In this document: positions 34,467-44,109 of the stretch, in pieces | How positions within the stretch are numbered: the first letter of the stretch is position 1 | Layout of the letters: every line of letters starts with the position of its first letter | Virus record (IMG/VR): IMGVR_UViG_3300044617_000992 | DNA length: 64,000 nt | DNA from: an uncultured virus (IMG/VR IMGVR_UViG_3300044617_000992) | Lineage: Duplodnaviria; Heunggongvirae; Uroviricota; Caudoviricetes | Strand: one strand, 5' to 3' | The notes under the pieces: generated by a model | The model's input: only the letters and a program-made list of their open reading frames with translations | Told to the model about the DNA's origin: nothing | The model's database searches: none | Translations under genes and position numbers: made by a program

Positions 34467-37400
34467 TTAACCAAAAACAACAAAGTAAATAACATCAGTA
34501 TCTGCTAGTACTTGATTTCCTCTAGTGTCAAAAGTTTTAATTGCAAATTCTCCGTTTCCTGGTCCTGCGGCAGCATCTATAGAGCAAATGTGATCTTCAT
34601 CATCAGTTCCTGGATTTGCTATAACAATAAACTTTTGATTACTCCAAGTAGATTCGCCAGTATCTGGAGAATATACACCAGTATCTTGAGCATTATTTTG
34701 GAGTTTGTTTTCCATGACAAATAAGTATCTTCCTGTGCTTGTTTTGGTTACTGTCACCTGAACATTTCCACCATATTCTACTGTTGGGGTGCTTGTTTTT
34801 CCATTTATCATTTTACCCCAAGCTCTTGCTCCAAAAATTGGAGCAGTATCAGTTTGTCCACCATTTAATTTAGTTGAAGTAACTGCTCCACTTCTAATTT
34901 TTGCAGATGTTACTGCTTCAGAACCATTAGTTCCATCCAACTTGTCAGTTGTAACTGATCCATTTGCTAATGTATGAGTATGACTATTTGCAGTAACTCC
35001 ATTAGTTGAAGTTGATGTAATGCTGCTTGGAGTTCCGAGAGCAATCGTTTTATCTGAAGTATTATCAAAGGTTCCTCCAGTTAATCCATCTCCTTCAGAA
35101 ACTGAATATTGAAGTTCTCCGGAAATTGTTCCCCCAACAGTTAGATTTCTTCCAACATTCAAGTCTCTGTTAACTTGAATATCTTTAAATTCTGTTGTAG
35201 CAGAAGAGGCATCAAGATTATTAGTAACTGTCAGGTTATTTACAGTGAGTTCATCTGAATAGTTTGATTGACTTATTGATTGGGGAACTCCTACAAATTG
35301 CTCTTCTCCAGTAAGGGCATTAATTTTTCTTCTTCCAATATAAAATTCCCCATTACTATTCATACCAGTGTAGAGAACTGATCCACCACGAGTTGGTAAT
35401 GACTGGGAAATTAAAATTTCATCTTCTGTCAATACCCTGTCTTGATTGGTTGGCATACCAGTTGAGTAGTTGCCAGGACCAAATCCAGTGTATTCAAAAG
35501 TATGTCCTGATGCTCTTAAGATAGAGTTTCTTCTTAATTCAACAGGAATTGGAGAAATTCTAGTTACAATTGAATCGTCTAAATGTGATGTTTGCTTAGT
35601 ATTAAATAATCCTCTTAAAACGCTCAATGATGATCCATTAACTTTAGTAATCATCATAATTTCTTCATCAATCTGAATGAAATCTGACTTACTCAAACCT
35701 CTAGAATTTCCGACAGAAATTGATGATGCATTTTGTCCGACAGAAGAAGAGCATCTCTTTTGAAGTTCTGATATTAAAGGATATTGTCTAGAAGAAAGAT
35801 TTTCATTTGATTTATTAGAATTACTTAAAGATGGTGCTATAGGAATTAGATAAACTTTTCCTGTTTGAGAAGATGCATTACCAGAAACTTCAAATTGAGT
35901 AGCACTATTTACACTAGTAACATCAAAGGTATCTGAAACTATGCCCGAGAAATAAACTTTATCTCCAGCAAAGAATAAATGTGGAGAAGATGAACTAGTG
36001 ACTGTAATTGTACTTATGTCATCTGCTGAATTATATGATACTGATTGGACATTTAATGCTTCATTGGAAATAATTGCAGAGGGATAAGTTTCAAAACTTT
36101 GTGCGGATTCATCAGCACCATTAGCATTTGTGTATGTAATTGTGTTTGGAGTTACTGACTCGATTGGGAAGAACCCGTCATTTCCAACTTTTTTACTTCC
36201 GATGATTTGAATTCCCTTATTAACAGCAGAAAATACTGAAGAAACTGTAAGATTAACTGACTGTGAATTAGAAGATGAATGAGGTATTCCCCTAGCAGTT
36301 AATACATCACCTGCTGTGTATCCAGATCCTGGATGAGATATTGTTGCAGATGTAACTGATCCGCCGGATACAGTAATGGTCGCAGTTGCATTTTCTCCAG
36401 TTCCACCACACAAAGGAATATCACTCCAAGTTCCATTTACAAATCCAGAACCACCTCCAGAAATAGATAATGCAGAAATTCCTTGTAGTCCGTGATTTAC
36501 AGTGGTCGTGATTACGCAAGTTGATCCAGTATTTTCAATTTGTTCTACTTCATAGGAAATTCCAAATTTAGATAAAAACGCAGAGGTTGTCTCTTTAGTT
36601 ACACTATAATTTAAATCATTGACATCAACTTTACCAATGGTTTTTCTGGAAGCATATGTCTTTGTTGGATATGGATCTGAAACTGGATTATCAAAATCAG
36701 TAGTTGGGTATAGATTTTCTATACTTTGAGAAAGTCTTAAATTATCAACATCAAACGGAGAAACATCAGGAGTATTCTTAAAAGCATTCAATGTTACATA
36801 ATAAACACCATCTGATACATTGTAGGAATATTTCTGAATTGTATCAACCTTATAAATTTGGAATTCATTAGTAATTTCTTCACAACTAAAATAAGGAAGA
36901 GATTCTCTAGTATTATTGTCATCTTCAATCGTATATGGGGGAACTCTATAAGTTGAAGAGTTGCAATCTCTTACGTTTAGCCAATTAGTTCTAGTTGTTT
37001 CTGCTGTTGGTGTAATTGTACCTGGATTTATTTCAATTTCATATCTAAAATGAAGTTCGTTTACAACGTTAGAAACTATAAATGATCCATTATATCCAGT
37101 TCCTGTTCCCAAACCAACAGGAGATGGTTCATTAGAACTCTTCAAATTGTAAATATTGACTACATCTCCCACTCTTAAATTGTGAGGATTTTTGGTTATA
37201 ATATTTGCTTCATCAGATGCATACCAAGCATCTACAATTTGATTAGTATTTCTTGCTTGAGATACTGAGGACAAATCAGTATCTAATTTTGTATATAGAT
37301 CTGAAATTGCAGAAGAAGATCTTTGTAGAATAAATCCAACAGAAGGTTCTGCTGCATTTATTGAAGAATCTTTTGGAATTACGTATCTAGCACGATAAAT

Positions 37401-39692
37401 CTTATCATCTAGATTTCTATTGTCATAAGATCTCGTAATGTAGAATGATGGATCTCCTCCAGCAATAACATCATCGACAAATGATTGTTTGGATTGAATA
37501 TTAATATACCAACCATCATTCGCAGAGTCATATTGTATTGGACTTCCTGGAGTTCCTGGAGATCTATCAGATACTTTGCTTACTAGTCTTAAATTTCTAT
37601 TACTTGATCCTATATCATTAATATCAATAACATTATCTTCATCTTCAGAAGCAGATATGCTTTCTGATAATTGTACTGTATTTGTAGTTAATGAAGTATT
37701 AATATAATATACTTTATGTGGATCTATTCCATCAGGCAATTGACCATTATTTGATACTACTCTTACTGCCTGCGATGTATTAATTCCAGTTATAGAACCA
37801 ACAGTTTGATTATTAAGTAAAGTAATGGTATTTGTAGAACTATCAATAGAAGAAATTGTTAGATCAAACCCATAACTTGGAGATACTGTAGCATTTGATA
37901 TATTTCCATCGACATTAATATAAATTTTATCATCAACCATTCCACCGATAGAAAACTCTTTGACAGTTGATGGAGGAACCGTTAATTCATTATTATATCC
38001 TTTTAAATATACTCTTGTAGGCAAATCAACGTCACTTGTTTTACCCGAATCTAATTCAAAGCAAGTAACATTTACTTCTTGAGAATCAATCTCTTTAGGT
38101 GGAATAATGTGAGTTATAAATCCGTGATTATCCTTTGGCAACTCATACTTTTTGAAACCACTAGCAGAAAGAGAAATTGCTCCAAAATTACTATTTGAGT
38201 TGGTGATGCTTTGATCTCCGCCAGTTTGTGCCGAAAAATGGTTTGCATATCCAATCGCAAATATCGACACACACTGAATGAATGCATCGTTTGATGCTTT
38301 TATGTGGAAACTTTCCCAATCAGGTTTATATCTTGCTCTAGAATTCTGATGTAAGAACTCATCCTCAAATGCACTTTGGTCGTTATATGTTCCAGAGGAT
38401 TCATTATAAATTACAAATGCATTGTCATCCTTTTGAAGTGAAATTCCAGTAAATTGTGCCGTGACAATACTTCTAAAACCAGTTGCCTTCGATCCATCAG
38501 CATGAAGACCATTCATGCCATAAACAGACTTCAAACTGCAGTTAAAGACATAAGGAGAACTTGATGATACAGTATCAGAAACTGTTGTCAGTTTAGAATC
38601 GCTATTGACCTGTGGAGTAAGTGTAGATGCTGGATTTGAGGGAAGTCTATATGTAAATTGTGTGCTGTTTATAACTTGAGCTACTGTAAATGAACCATTA
38701 TACTCTGCAATTTGCTGAGAACCATTTCCAACATTTGAAATTAAAATCGCGGTGTTTGGACTTAAATTATGATCTGTAGTAGTTGTTACTGTGACAATGT
38801 TAGAAATTTCAAGTCCACCGTCTCCAGCATAAATGTTCGTGATTATATTTGTACCAAATCCAAGATCTCCAACAATTCTATTTTCTTCAACATTTGGATA
38901 TAAGTCAGGATTAGTATTAACCCCCCAATCAATAATTACAGGAATTCCAGTATTTTGTCCGAAACCTTTAGCAACTTTATAGTAATACATTTCAAGGTCA
39001 GTCTTATCTAGAGTGACCCCATTCTTCACATACTTATTCTTACCATCCACATATTCAAATGCAGTTAGTTTGTGGTGAGAATAACTTGGGGGTGTTCTGA
39101 AATTTGAAGAAGGATAATTATATACATTTCCGTTTGGATCACCATCAAAAATAGAGAAACCATAGATGTAGCAAGAACCAGTCAATCTGAAAATTGAGGT
39201 GGATGGTATTAATTCGTCAGTTGGATAAGGAACATATTTTGGACGAATCTTTGTCTTACGAAGGTCACTTGAAACAATGGAAACACCTCTAGGGACAATA
39301 ACTCCACCATCTGCACTATTATACTTGTATAGTTCATTAGTAGGATCATCAAGATCCATTATGCTCTGAAGTGTTAATTCTGGCAATACAGTGGTTGTTC
39401 CACTATAATTTTTAATAGTATCTCCATCTACATAAAATCCAGGACGATTATCAATATAATGAGTACCTGGGGAAATTAGAATTGTTGTCTGGTCGAATAA
39501 GTCATTATTCGCACCTTGAATATATGAGAATCTAACTGCTTCAAGGAGTGCTCTTTGAATAGTCTTAAAAGGTCTTAAAGCAGAATTTCCTCTATTATCT
39601 GTAGAATCCGTTGAATCTAACTGTGCCGGATCTACATAAAGAATATTACCGTTCAGATTTTTCAGTAAATTTTCGAGTCTCGCTAAAGGCAT
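34467..39692 (-). CDS. large virion fibre/spike protein (beta-helix), paralog of 30020..34417
   Basis: RPFKTIQRAL, SSPYVFNC, TFEYTGFG motifs. Confidence 0.8.
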   Translation of the reverse strand: MPLARLENLLKNLNGNILYVDPAQLDSTDSTDNRGNSALRPFKTIQRALLEAVRFSYIQGANNDLFDQTTILISPGTHYIDNRPGFYVDGDTIKNYSGTTTVLPELTLQSIMDLDDPTNELYKYNSADGGVIVPRGVSIVSSDLRKTKIRPKYVPYPTDELIPSTSIFRLTGSCYIYGFSIFDGDPNGNVYNYPSSNFRTPPSYSHHKLTAFEYVDGKNKYVKNGVTLDKTDLEMYYYKVAKGFGQNTGIPVIIDWGVNTNPDLYPNVEENRIVGDLGFGTNIITNIYAGDGGLEISNIVTVTTTTDHNLSPNTAILISNVGNGSQQIAEYNGSFTVAQVINSTQFTYRLPSNPASTLTPQVNSDSKLTTVSDTVSSSSPYVFNCSLKSVYGMNGLHADGSKATGFRSIVTAQFTGISLQKDDNAFVIYNESSGTYNDQSAFEDEFLHQNSRARYKPDWESFHIKASNDAFIQCVSIFAIGYANHFSAQTGGDQSITNSNSNFGAISLSASGFKKYELPKDNHGFITHIIPPKEIDSQEVNVTCFELDSGKTSDVDLPTRVYLKGYNNELTVPPSTVKEFSIGGMVDDKIYINVDGNISNATVSPSYGFDLTISSIDSSTNTITLLNNQTVGSITGINTSQAVRVVSNNGQLPDGIDPHKVYYINTSLTTNTVQLSESISASEDEDNVIDINDIGSSNRNLRLVSKVSDRSPGTPGSPIQYDSANDGWYINIQSKQSFVDDVIAGGDPSFYITRSYDNRNLDDKIYRARYVIPKDSSINAAEPSVGFILQRSSSAISDLYTKLDTDLSSVSQARNTNQIVDAWYASDEANIITKNPHNLRVGDVVNIYNLKSSNEPSPVGLGTGTGYNGSFIVSNVVNELHFRYEIEINPGTITPTAETTRTNWLNVRDCNSSTYRVPPYTIEDDNNTRESLPYFSCEEITNEFQIYKVDTIQKYSYNVSDGVYYVTLNAFKNTPDVSPFDVDNLRLSQSIENLYPTTDFDNPVSDPYPTKTYASRKTIGKVDVNDLNYSVTKETTSAFLSKFGISYEVEQIENTGSTCVITTTVNHGLQGISALSISGGGSGFVNGTWSDIPLCGGTGENATATITVSGGSVTSATISHPGSGYTAGDVLTARGIPHSSSNSQSVNLTVSSVFSAVNKGIQIIGSKKVGNDGFFPIESVTPNTITYTNANGADESAQSFETYPSAIISNEALNVQSVSYNSADDISTITVTSSSSPHLFFAGDKVYFSGIVSDTFDVTSVNSATQFEVSGNASSQTGKVYLIPIAPSLSNSNKSNENLSSRQYPLISELQKRCSSSVGQNASSISVGNSRGLSKSDFIQIDEEIMMITKVNGSSLSVLRGLFNTKQTSHLDDSIVTRISPIPVELRRNSILRASGHTFEYTGFGPGNYSTGMPTNQDRVLTEDEILISQSLPTRGGSVLYTGMNSNGEFYIGRRKINALTGEEQFVGVPQSISQSNYSDELTVNNLTVTNNLDASSATTEFKDIQVNRDLNVGRNLTVGGTISGELQYSVSEGDGLTGGTFDNTSDKTIALGTPSSITSTSTNGVTANSHTHTLANGSVTTDKLDGTNGSEAVTSAKIRSGAVTSTKLNGGQTDTAPIFGARAWGKMINGKTSTPTVEYGGNVQVTVTKTSTGRYLFVMENKLQNNAQDTGVYSPDTGESTWSNQKFIVIANPGTDDEDHICSIDAAAGPGNGEFAIKTFDTRGNQVLADTDVIYFVVFG

Positions 39693-39725
39693 TTGGAGAT
39701 TATCCTACTAATTTTTCTTCTGACT

Positions 39726-39741
39726 TATTTATCAATAAATA
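39726..39741. promoter_or_regulatory. back-to-back T4-type late promoters
   Basis: TATTTAT-CA-ATAAATA between divergent genes. Confidence 0.7.
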
Positions 39742-39764
39742 AGATTATTAGTATTTTTTGATAA

Positions 39765-40517
39765 ATGGCAATTAGTTCGGAAACTGAAGAGATTATTGCG
39801 TTTTATAATCAACGAATTTCTTTAGATTTAGCACAAATATCTCAAATTGAAACTCTAGAAGTTGGAATTGCAGTTACCACTGGAATTGGTTCAACTCATC
39901 AAATAAAAGTTTTTGGTCCAAATCAATTAATTGAGAATTTTGATGTTCCAATTGAATCACTGGATGAAGAAGTCGTATCAATCAATACTCAAATAAGAGA
40001 TCTTCAGCAGTTAGTGTTGGATATTGGAGAACAAGCAAATTCCGTTGGATGTGGTTCCACTGCTTGGGTTGCAGGTCTTACAACAACTATCGTAAATCAA
40101 GATCAAGCAAGATATAGAGGATACACATATACTGCACCAAATCCATTTTCTCCAACCGATGGAACATTAACAGTCGGAAATGCTGGAATTGGAACTCAGG
40201 ATTATATCAATCAAGTAGCAATAGGAAGTTATTTCTCACCCATTAACGTTTGTTCGAACCCATTTTTGGGATGCACGAGTGGGGAATGTGCTGGATATGC
40301 AACTTCAATTACAAATATAACTAATCAAATACAAATTCTTCAAACCGAACGAAATGACCTAATTGATAAAGTCAATACTTTAAAGGCATCTAGATCAGAG
40401 TTTGAACTTCAACAATATGCTTATACACAGTCAAAAAATAAATTAAATCAAAGAATTCAAAGCACTCAACAAATACTTGAATTCCTACAAGACCCTGCTA
40501 ATGACGAATGGTTATAA
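39765..40517 (+). CDS. hypothetical late (structural?) coiled-coil protein
   Basis: 250 aa, own late promoter, coiled-coil ends, Cys cluster. Confidence 0.7.
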   Translation: MAISSETEEIIAFYNQRISLDLAQISQIETLEVGIAVTTGIGSTHQIKVFGPNQLIENFDVPIESLDEEVVSINTQIRDLQQLVLDIGEQANSVGCGSTAWVAGLTTTIVNQDQARYRGYTYTAPNPFSPTDGTLTVGNAGIGTQDYINQVAIGSYFSPINVCSNPFLGCTSGECAGYATSITNITNQIQILQTERNDLIDKVNTLKASRSEFELQQYAYTQSKNKLNQRIQSTQQILEFLQDPANDEWL

Positions 40518-40587
40518 AAACCCTAGGGGCATTTTTTACCCGGAGATTTTTTTGCCCGATTTTTGGAATTAAAAGTCAATTTTGAAA

Positions 40588-40755
40588 TCAGGCAACAAGT
40601 TCTCCACGAAGTTCAGCAAGTTTAGCAATAGCAAGACACTCTACACAAGTCCAATAAGTTTCTCCACTAATGGGAAAATTCTCATCAGTGAAATATGCTG
40701 CCATATCTTCGTGCATTGCTTGGAGGTCTTTGAGTTGCTCTTTGGAAATTTGCAT
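40588..40755 (-). CDS. hypothetical protein (MQISKEQL...)
   Basis: start re-assigned downstream of promoter copy F. Confidence 0.6.
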   Translation of the reverse strand: MQISKEQLKDLQAMHEDMAAYFTDENFPISGETYWTCVECLAIAKLAELRGELVA

Positions 40756-40774
40756 CTTGTCGGGGGGTAGTGAC

Positions 40775-41494
40775 CTATGTATCATAGCATACTCCTTGGA
40801 CTTTTTCCGAAGGAGTGGACAGTTTGCTGACTGTCTCCTTCAGGTCCTCAATTTGCTTTTGCTGCTCTTTAATTGCTTCTACTAGTACCGGAACAAGTCT
40901 ATCATAATCTACATTTTTAATTTGAAAATCTAAATTTGGAATTGAAGTTTCTTGAACTATTTCTGGAATAATTTCTTCCACTTCTTGTGCTATTAAACCA
41001 ATATCAACATCTTTTCTTCTACCTACATATGGACTTAATTGCTTATTCCAGGTAAATGATACACCACGAAGATTTAAAACTTTATCCAATGAACTATCAA
41101 GGGTTTTGATATTTTCCTTTAATCGAACGTCGGAATGATTGTGTAAGTAATCTAATGGGGTTCCGTTATAATCCCAATCTCCCCAGAGATCTCCATCCGG
41201 AGAAGCATAATCAGTAGTTACTGCGGCACTATCATAAGATGGTTGAGCATCAACGTGTCCACCAACGTGCAATCCTAATCCAATTCCACTATAAGTTCCA
41301 AGTTGATTCCATAATCCAATACCATTATAAAGACCAACTTGATTATGCATTCCAACAAAGTTTGAGATGCCCCAATTTTGTTGAGAAAAAATTGCTTGAG
41401 GATCAATACTAGGCCAAAATTCTGCTGATGAAATTGGAAAAGATATAGATTCTCCAACTTGCATCGAAGAACAATTTACTACGTCAGCGTCCAT
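40775..41494 (-). CDS. spike-tip-like protein with S74 intramolecular chaperone domain
   Basis: HNH-SDVRLKENI...IGLIAQEVEEIIPE...LVEAIKEQQ. Confidence 0.8.
   Translation of the reverse strand: MDADVVNCSSMQVGESISFPISSAEFWPSIDPQAIFSQQNWGISNFVGMHNQVGLYNGIGLWNQLGTYSGIGLGLHVGGHVDAQPSYDSAAVTTDYASPDGDLWGDWDYNGTPLDYLHNHSDVRLKENIKTLDSSLDKVLNLRGVSFTWNKQLSPYVGRRKDVDIGLIAQEVEEIIPEIVQETSIPNLDFQIKNVDYDRLVPVLVEAIKEQQKQIEDLKETVSKLSTPSEKVQGVCYDT
40781..40835 (-). promoter_or_regulatory. palindrome + extended -10 promoter, copy F
   Basis: GACAGTCAGCAAACTGTCCAC-N25-TGCTATGAT. Confidence 0.7.
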
Positions 41495-42069
41495 TAAAAA
41501 TACTCCGGAAGAATGAATTGGAATGCAGTTTGTATTACATCAGATATTGATGTTGGAATTAATTTGGTCTTTGGTTCTGAAATCAGAACTCCACCTTTAC
41601 CTCTTATATTTAAAAGACCTTTTGATGCTATAATTAATTTATTTCTTGCTGCTACTGCAACGTTTGATCCCTCTATCTTAATATTATCAGCAGCATCTAA
41701 ATTTATGTGTTGTGCGGATCTAATTGTAACTCCTGCTTCGTCTGCTCCTGTGGCATTGATTACAATACTTCTTGCTGTAATTGTTAACTCACCATTTCCA
41801 GCATCAATATGAATTCCCTTTCCATTACTATAGATCCCAAGACCATCTTTTGAGTTACTGATGATGTTATCTTTTAATTGTGATGATGGATTACTTCTGA
41901 TATCAAATCCACCATCACCAAAAAGACGGATACAACCTAAAGATTGTGCTCCTAATTCAATTTGTCTAGGTCTTTTTGAATCTGGATCTTTTCCGATAAT
42001 AATGGTCCCATCTTGAGGATCACTAATTACATAACCCGTGGGTTGAGGTTGAGGTTTTTTAAGGGTCAT
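41494..42069 (-). CDS. gp5 C-terminal-like beta-helix spike protein
   Basis: IHIDAGNGELTITARSIVINA beta repeats directly after gp5. Confidence 0.6.
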   Translation of the reverse strand: MTLKKPQPQPTGYVISDPQDGTIIIGKDPDSKRPRQIELGAQSLGCIRLFGDGGFDIRSNPSSQLKDNIISNSKDGLGIYSNGKGIHIDAGNGELTITARSIVINATGADEAGVTIRSAQHINLDAADNIKIEGSNVAVAARNKLIIASKGLLNIRGKGGVLISEPKTKLIPTSISDVIQTAFQFILPEYF

Positions 42070-44105
42070 TTCTTATCAGAACAATATACAACAGTTTGAA
42101 CTTCTACATTACTAATTCGTTCCTCTGGTGGAGTTGTACTAAATCCTAAAACGGGTTTCAGAATTGCTCCAGATCCAGTATCACTATTTATTTCCAACTC
42201 TGGGTATGTATTAATAGATGTTCCTGGATTAGTAATTTTTGCTGCAGTAATTCTTCCATCATCATCCAATTCTAAATCTAATCTCACATCACTATCAGGA
42301 CAACTTGAATTAATTGCAAAGTCCTCTGAAGAATATCCAATTCCAGTCTCTTCAATGATTACATTAAGAACATAAGGATAAACAATAGCACCAGAAGATT
42401 CTGCTGGAGGGATAGAGCAAGAAGATTGTATTAAAGTTTCTTCATCAGATTCTTCATCAACATTTGATGTATCTGGTCCTAAATATCCACCTCCAGGATT
42501 TTGCATCACAACTTCTGATAATTTCCCATTTTCAATTCGAGCATATCCATATGCTCCAGTTCCATTTTCACAAGAATCTTCGAATGAAACATATGGAGGA
42601 GAAGAATATCCCCCACCTGGATTTGTAATATTAACTCCCATAATTTGTCCAAATGAATCAACAACTGCATTTCCAGTTGCGCCAGATCCTCCTCCACCAA
42701 AAATCTTAACTTGTGGCATTCCACACTGAAGACTTACATCACAACCACCAACATATGGTGCCAATTCTTCAGGCAATCCTTCCCCTCCAGATATTCCACC
42801 CAAAAATCCTGCTGCCTGTTTCTTACCATCATCTAAAAGATTTCTCAATCCTTGTGCTGGAGAATAATTAATAATATTTTGGAACTTAATGTCTCCATCC
42901 TTTGGAACAAATCCTTTGTTCATTTCATAATTAAAGACTTGTTTGCAGGGAGATTCTTCACACTGAAGAAAACTTGCAATTGTTTTTGTAATTCCAATTG
43001 CCTTTTCTACATATGACATTACAGTTCCAATTCCTCCACCTAGAGTAGAAGAAATCTGATCTAGTGCAGGTTGAATGGCATCTTGAATTTCATTTACTAC
43101 TGACTGCAAAATACTACCAGTAAAAGTTTCCACTAAACATACTGGAATACTTGCTACCTTTCCAATCATTCCAAACAAAAACTCAAAAACAAAATTTTTT
43201 ATTTTCTTGATGATATTTAAGAAAAGGCACCATATCCCATCAGCAATCTCACCTGCTGCTGCCTTCTTTAAAAATTCCGCCCACTTCGGAAGTTTTACTT
43301 GTTCGATATAATCCTCTAAAAGATTATAGACCCCTGTTATAATTTCATCTCGTATATATTTTACCAACCATATCAGAGCATCAGATATTACAATAGCAAT
43401 CTCATCAATCTCTGATGAAATATCAGTAACTTTGTTTAAAACTGGATTGATGTAAGTATCATTAACGTACTTAACTTCATTCATCAACTGAATAAATTTG
43501 ATTAATCCTTTATTGATTTGGGATACAACATCCTTTCCTTCTCTACAGTGCCCTGGAATAGTTACTGTTGGATTATTGTTATCTATCACTTCTTTTGCTA
43601 CAGTCCCTGCTCCATTGTGATAACCAGATGTTTTTACTATTCCAGGTTCACCTGGAGATGATTTGCCATTCCTTACGGTTTTGTTATATGGACTAACAAT
43701 TGCTCCTGGTTTTTGTTGGAATAACTTAAATCCTTTTGTTCCTTGCGTAAAAGTATTCAAGTAATCTACATTTGCTCCATTGTATAATGAACCAATTACA
43801 ATTGGTTGTTGTGCGTCTTCCCCATCGGCAAAAAACCCAATCACAACTTCACCACCACGGGTATTCATACTAATACCAGCACCACCTGCACCAGTTCCCA
43901 TATTTGTAGGGATTAGTACGTGAGCCCAAGGAAGATTTCTATCTTCTATTTCATCTCCTGGATGATGACCGATAATTCTTACTTGAACTCTATAACCATA
44001 CTCTAGGTCAGCACGATCTGGTTGAGTATTTGCTACGATACCAATAAACCATTTGAAACCATCTCTTCCTGCAAAATTAGGATTAATTAGTGATTGTTCT
44101 AACAT
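42066..44105 (-). CDS. gp5: baseplate hub / central spike gp5 (OB-fold N-terminus)
   Basis: WFIGIV...RVQVRIIGHH...LPWA...VIGFFADGEDAQQPIVIG. Confidence 0.85.
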   Translation of the reverse strand: MLEQSLINPNFAGRDGFKWFIGIVANTQPDRADLEYGYRVQVRIIGHHPGDEIEDRNLPWAHVLIPTNMGTGAGGAGISMNTRGGEVVIGFFADGEDAQQPIVIGSLYNGANVDYLNTFTQGTKGFKLFQQKPGAIVSPYNKTVRNGKSSPGEPGIVKTSGYHNGAGTVAKEVIDNNNPTVTIPGHCREGKDVVSQINKGLIKFIQLMNEVKYVNDTYINPVLNKVTDISSEIDEIAIVISDALIWLVKYIRDEIITGVYNLLEDYIEQVKLPKWAEFLKKAAAGEIADGIWCLFLNIIKKIKNFVFEFLFGMIGKVASIPVCLVETFTGSILQSVVNEIQDAIQPALDQISSTLGGGIGTVMSYVEKAIGITKTIASFLQCEESPCKQVFNYEMNKGFVPKDGDIKFQNIINYSPAQGLRNLLDDGKKQAAGFLGGISGGEGLPEELAPYVGGCDVSLQCGMPQVKIFGGGGSGATGNAVVDSFGQIMGVNITNPGGGYSSPPYVSFEDSCENGTGAYGYARIENGKLSEVVMQNPGGGYLGPDTSNVDEESDEETLIQSSCSIPPAESSGAIVYPYVLNVIIEETGIGYSSEDFAINSSCPDSDVRLDLELDDDGRITAAKITNPGTSINTYPELEINSDTGSGAILKPVLGFSTTPPEERISNVEVQTVVYCSDKK

Positions 44106-44109
44106 AGAT

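Noticed and set aside
17080..39692. Diversity-generating retroelement or invertible fibre cassette
   Set aside because: No reverse transcriptase or recombinase in the window; shared modules differ at all base types, not only adenines.
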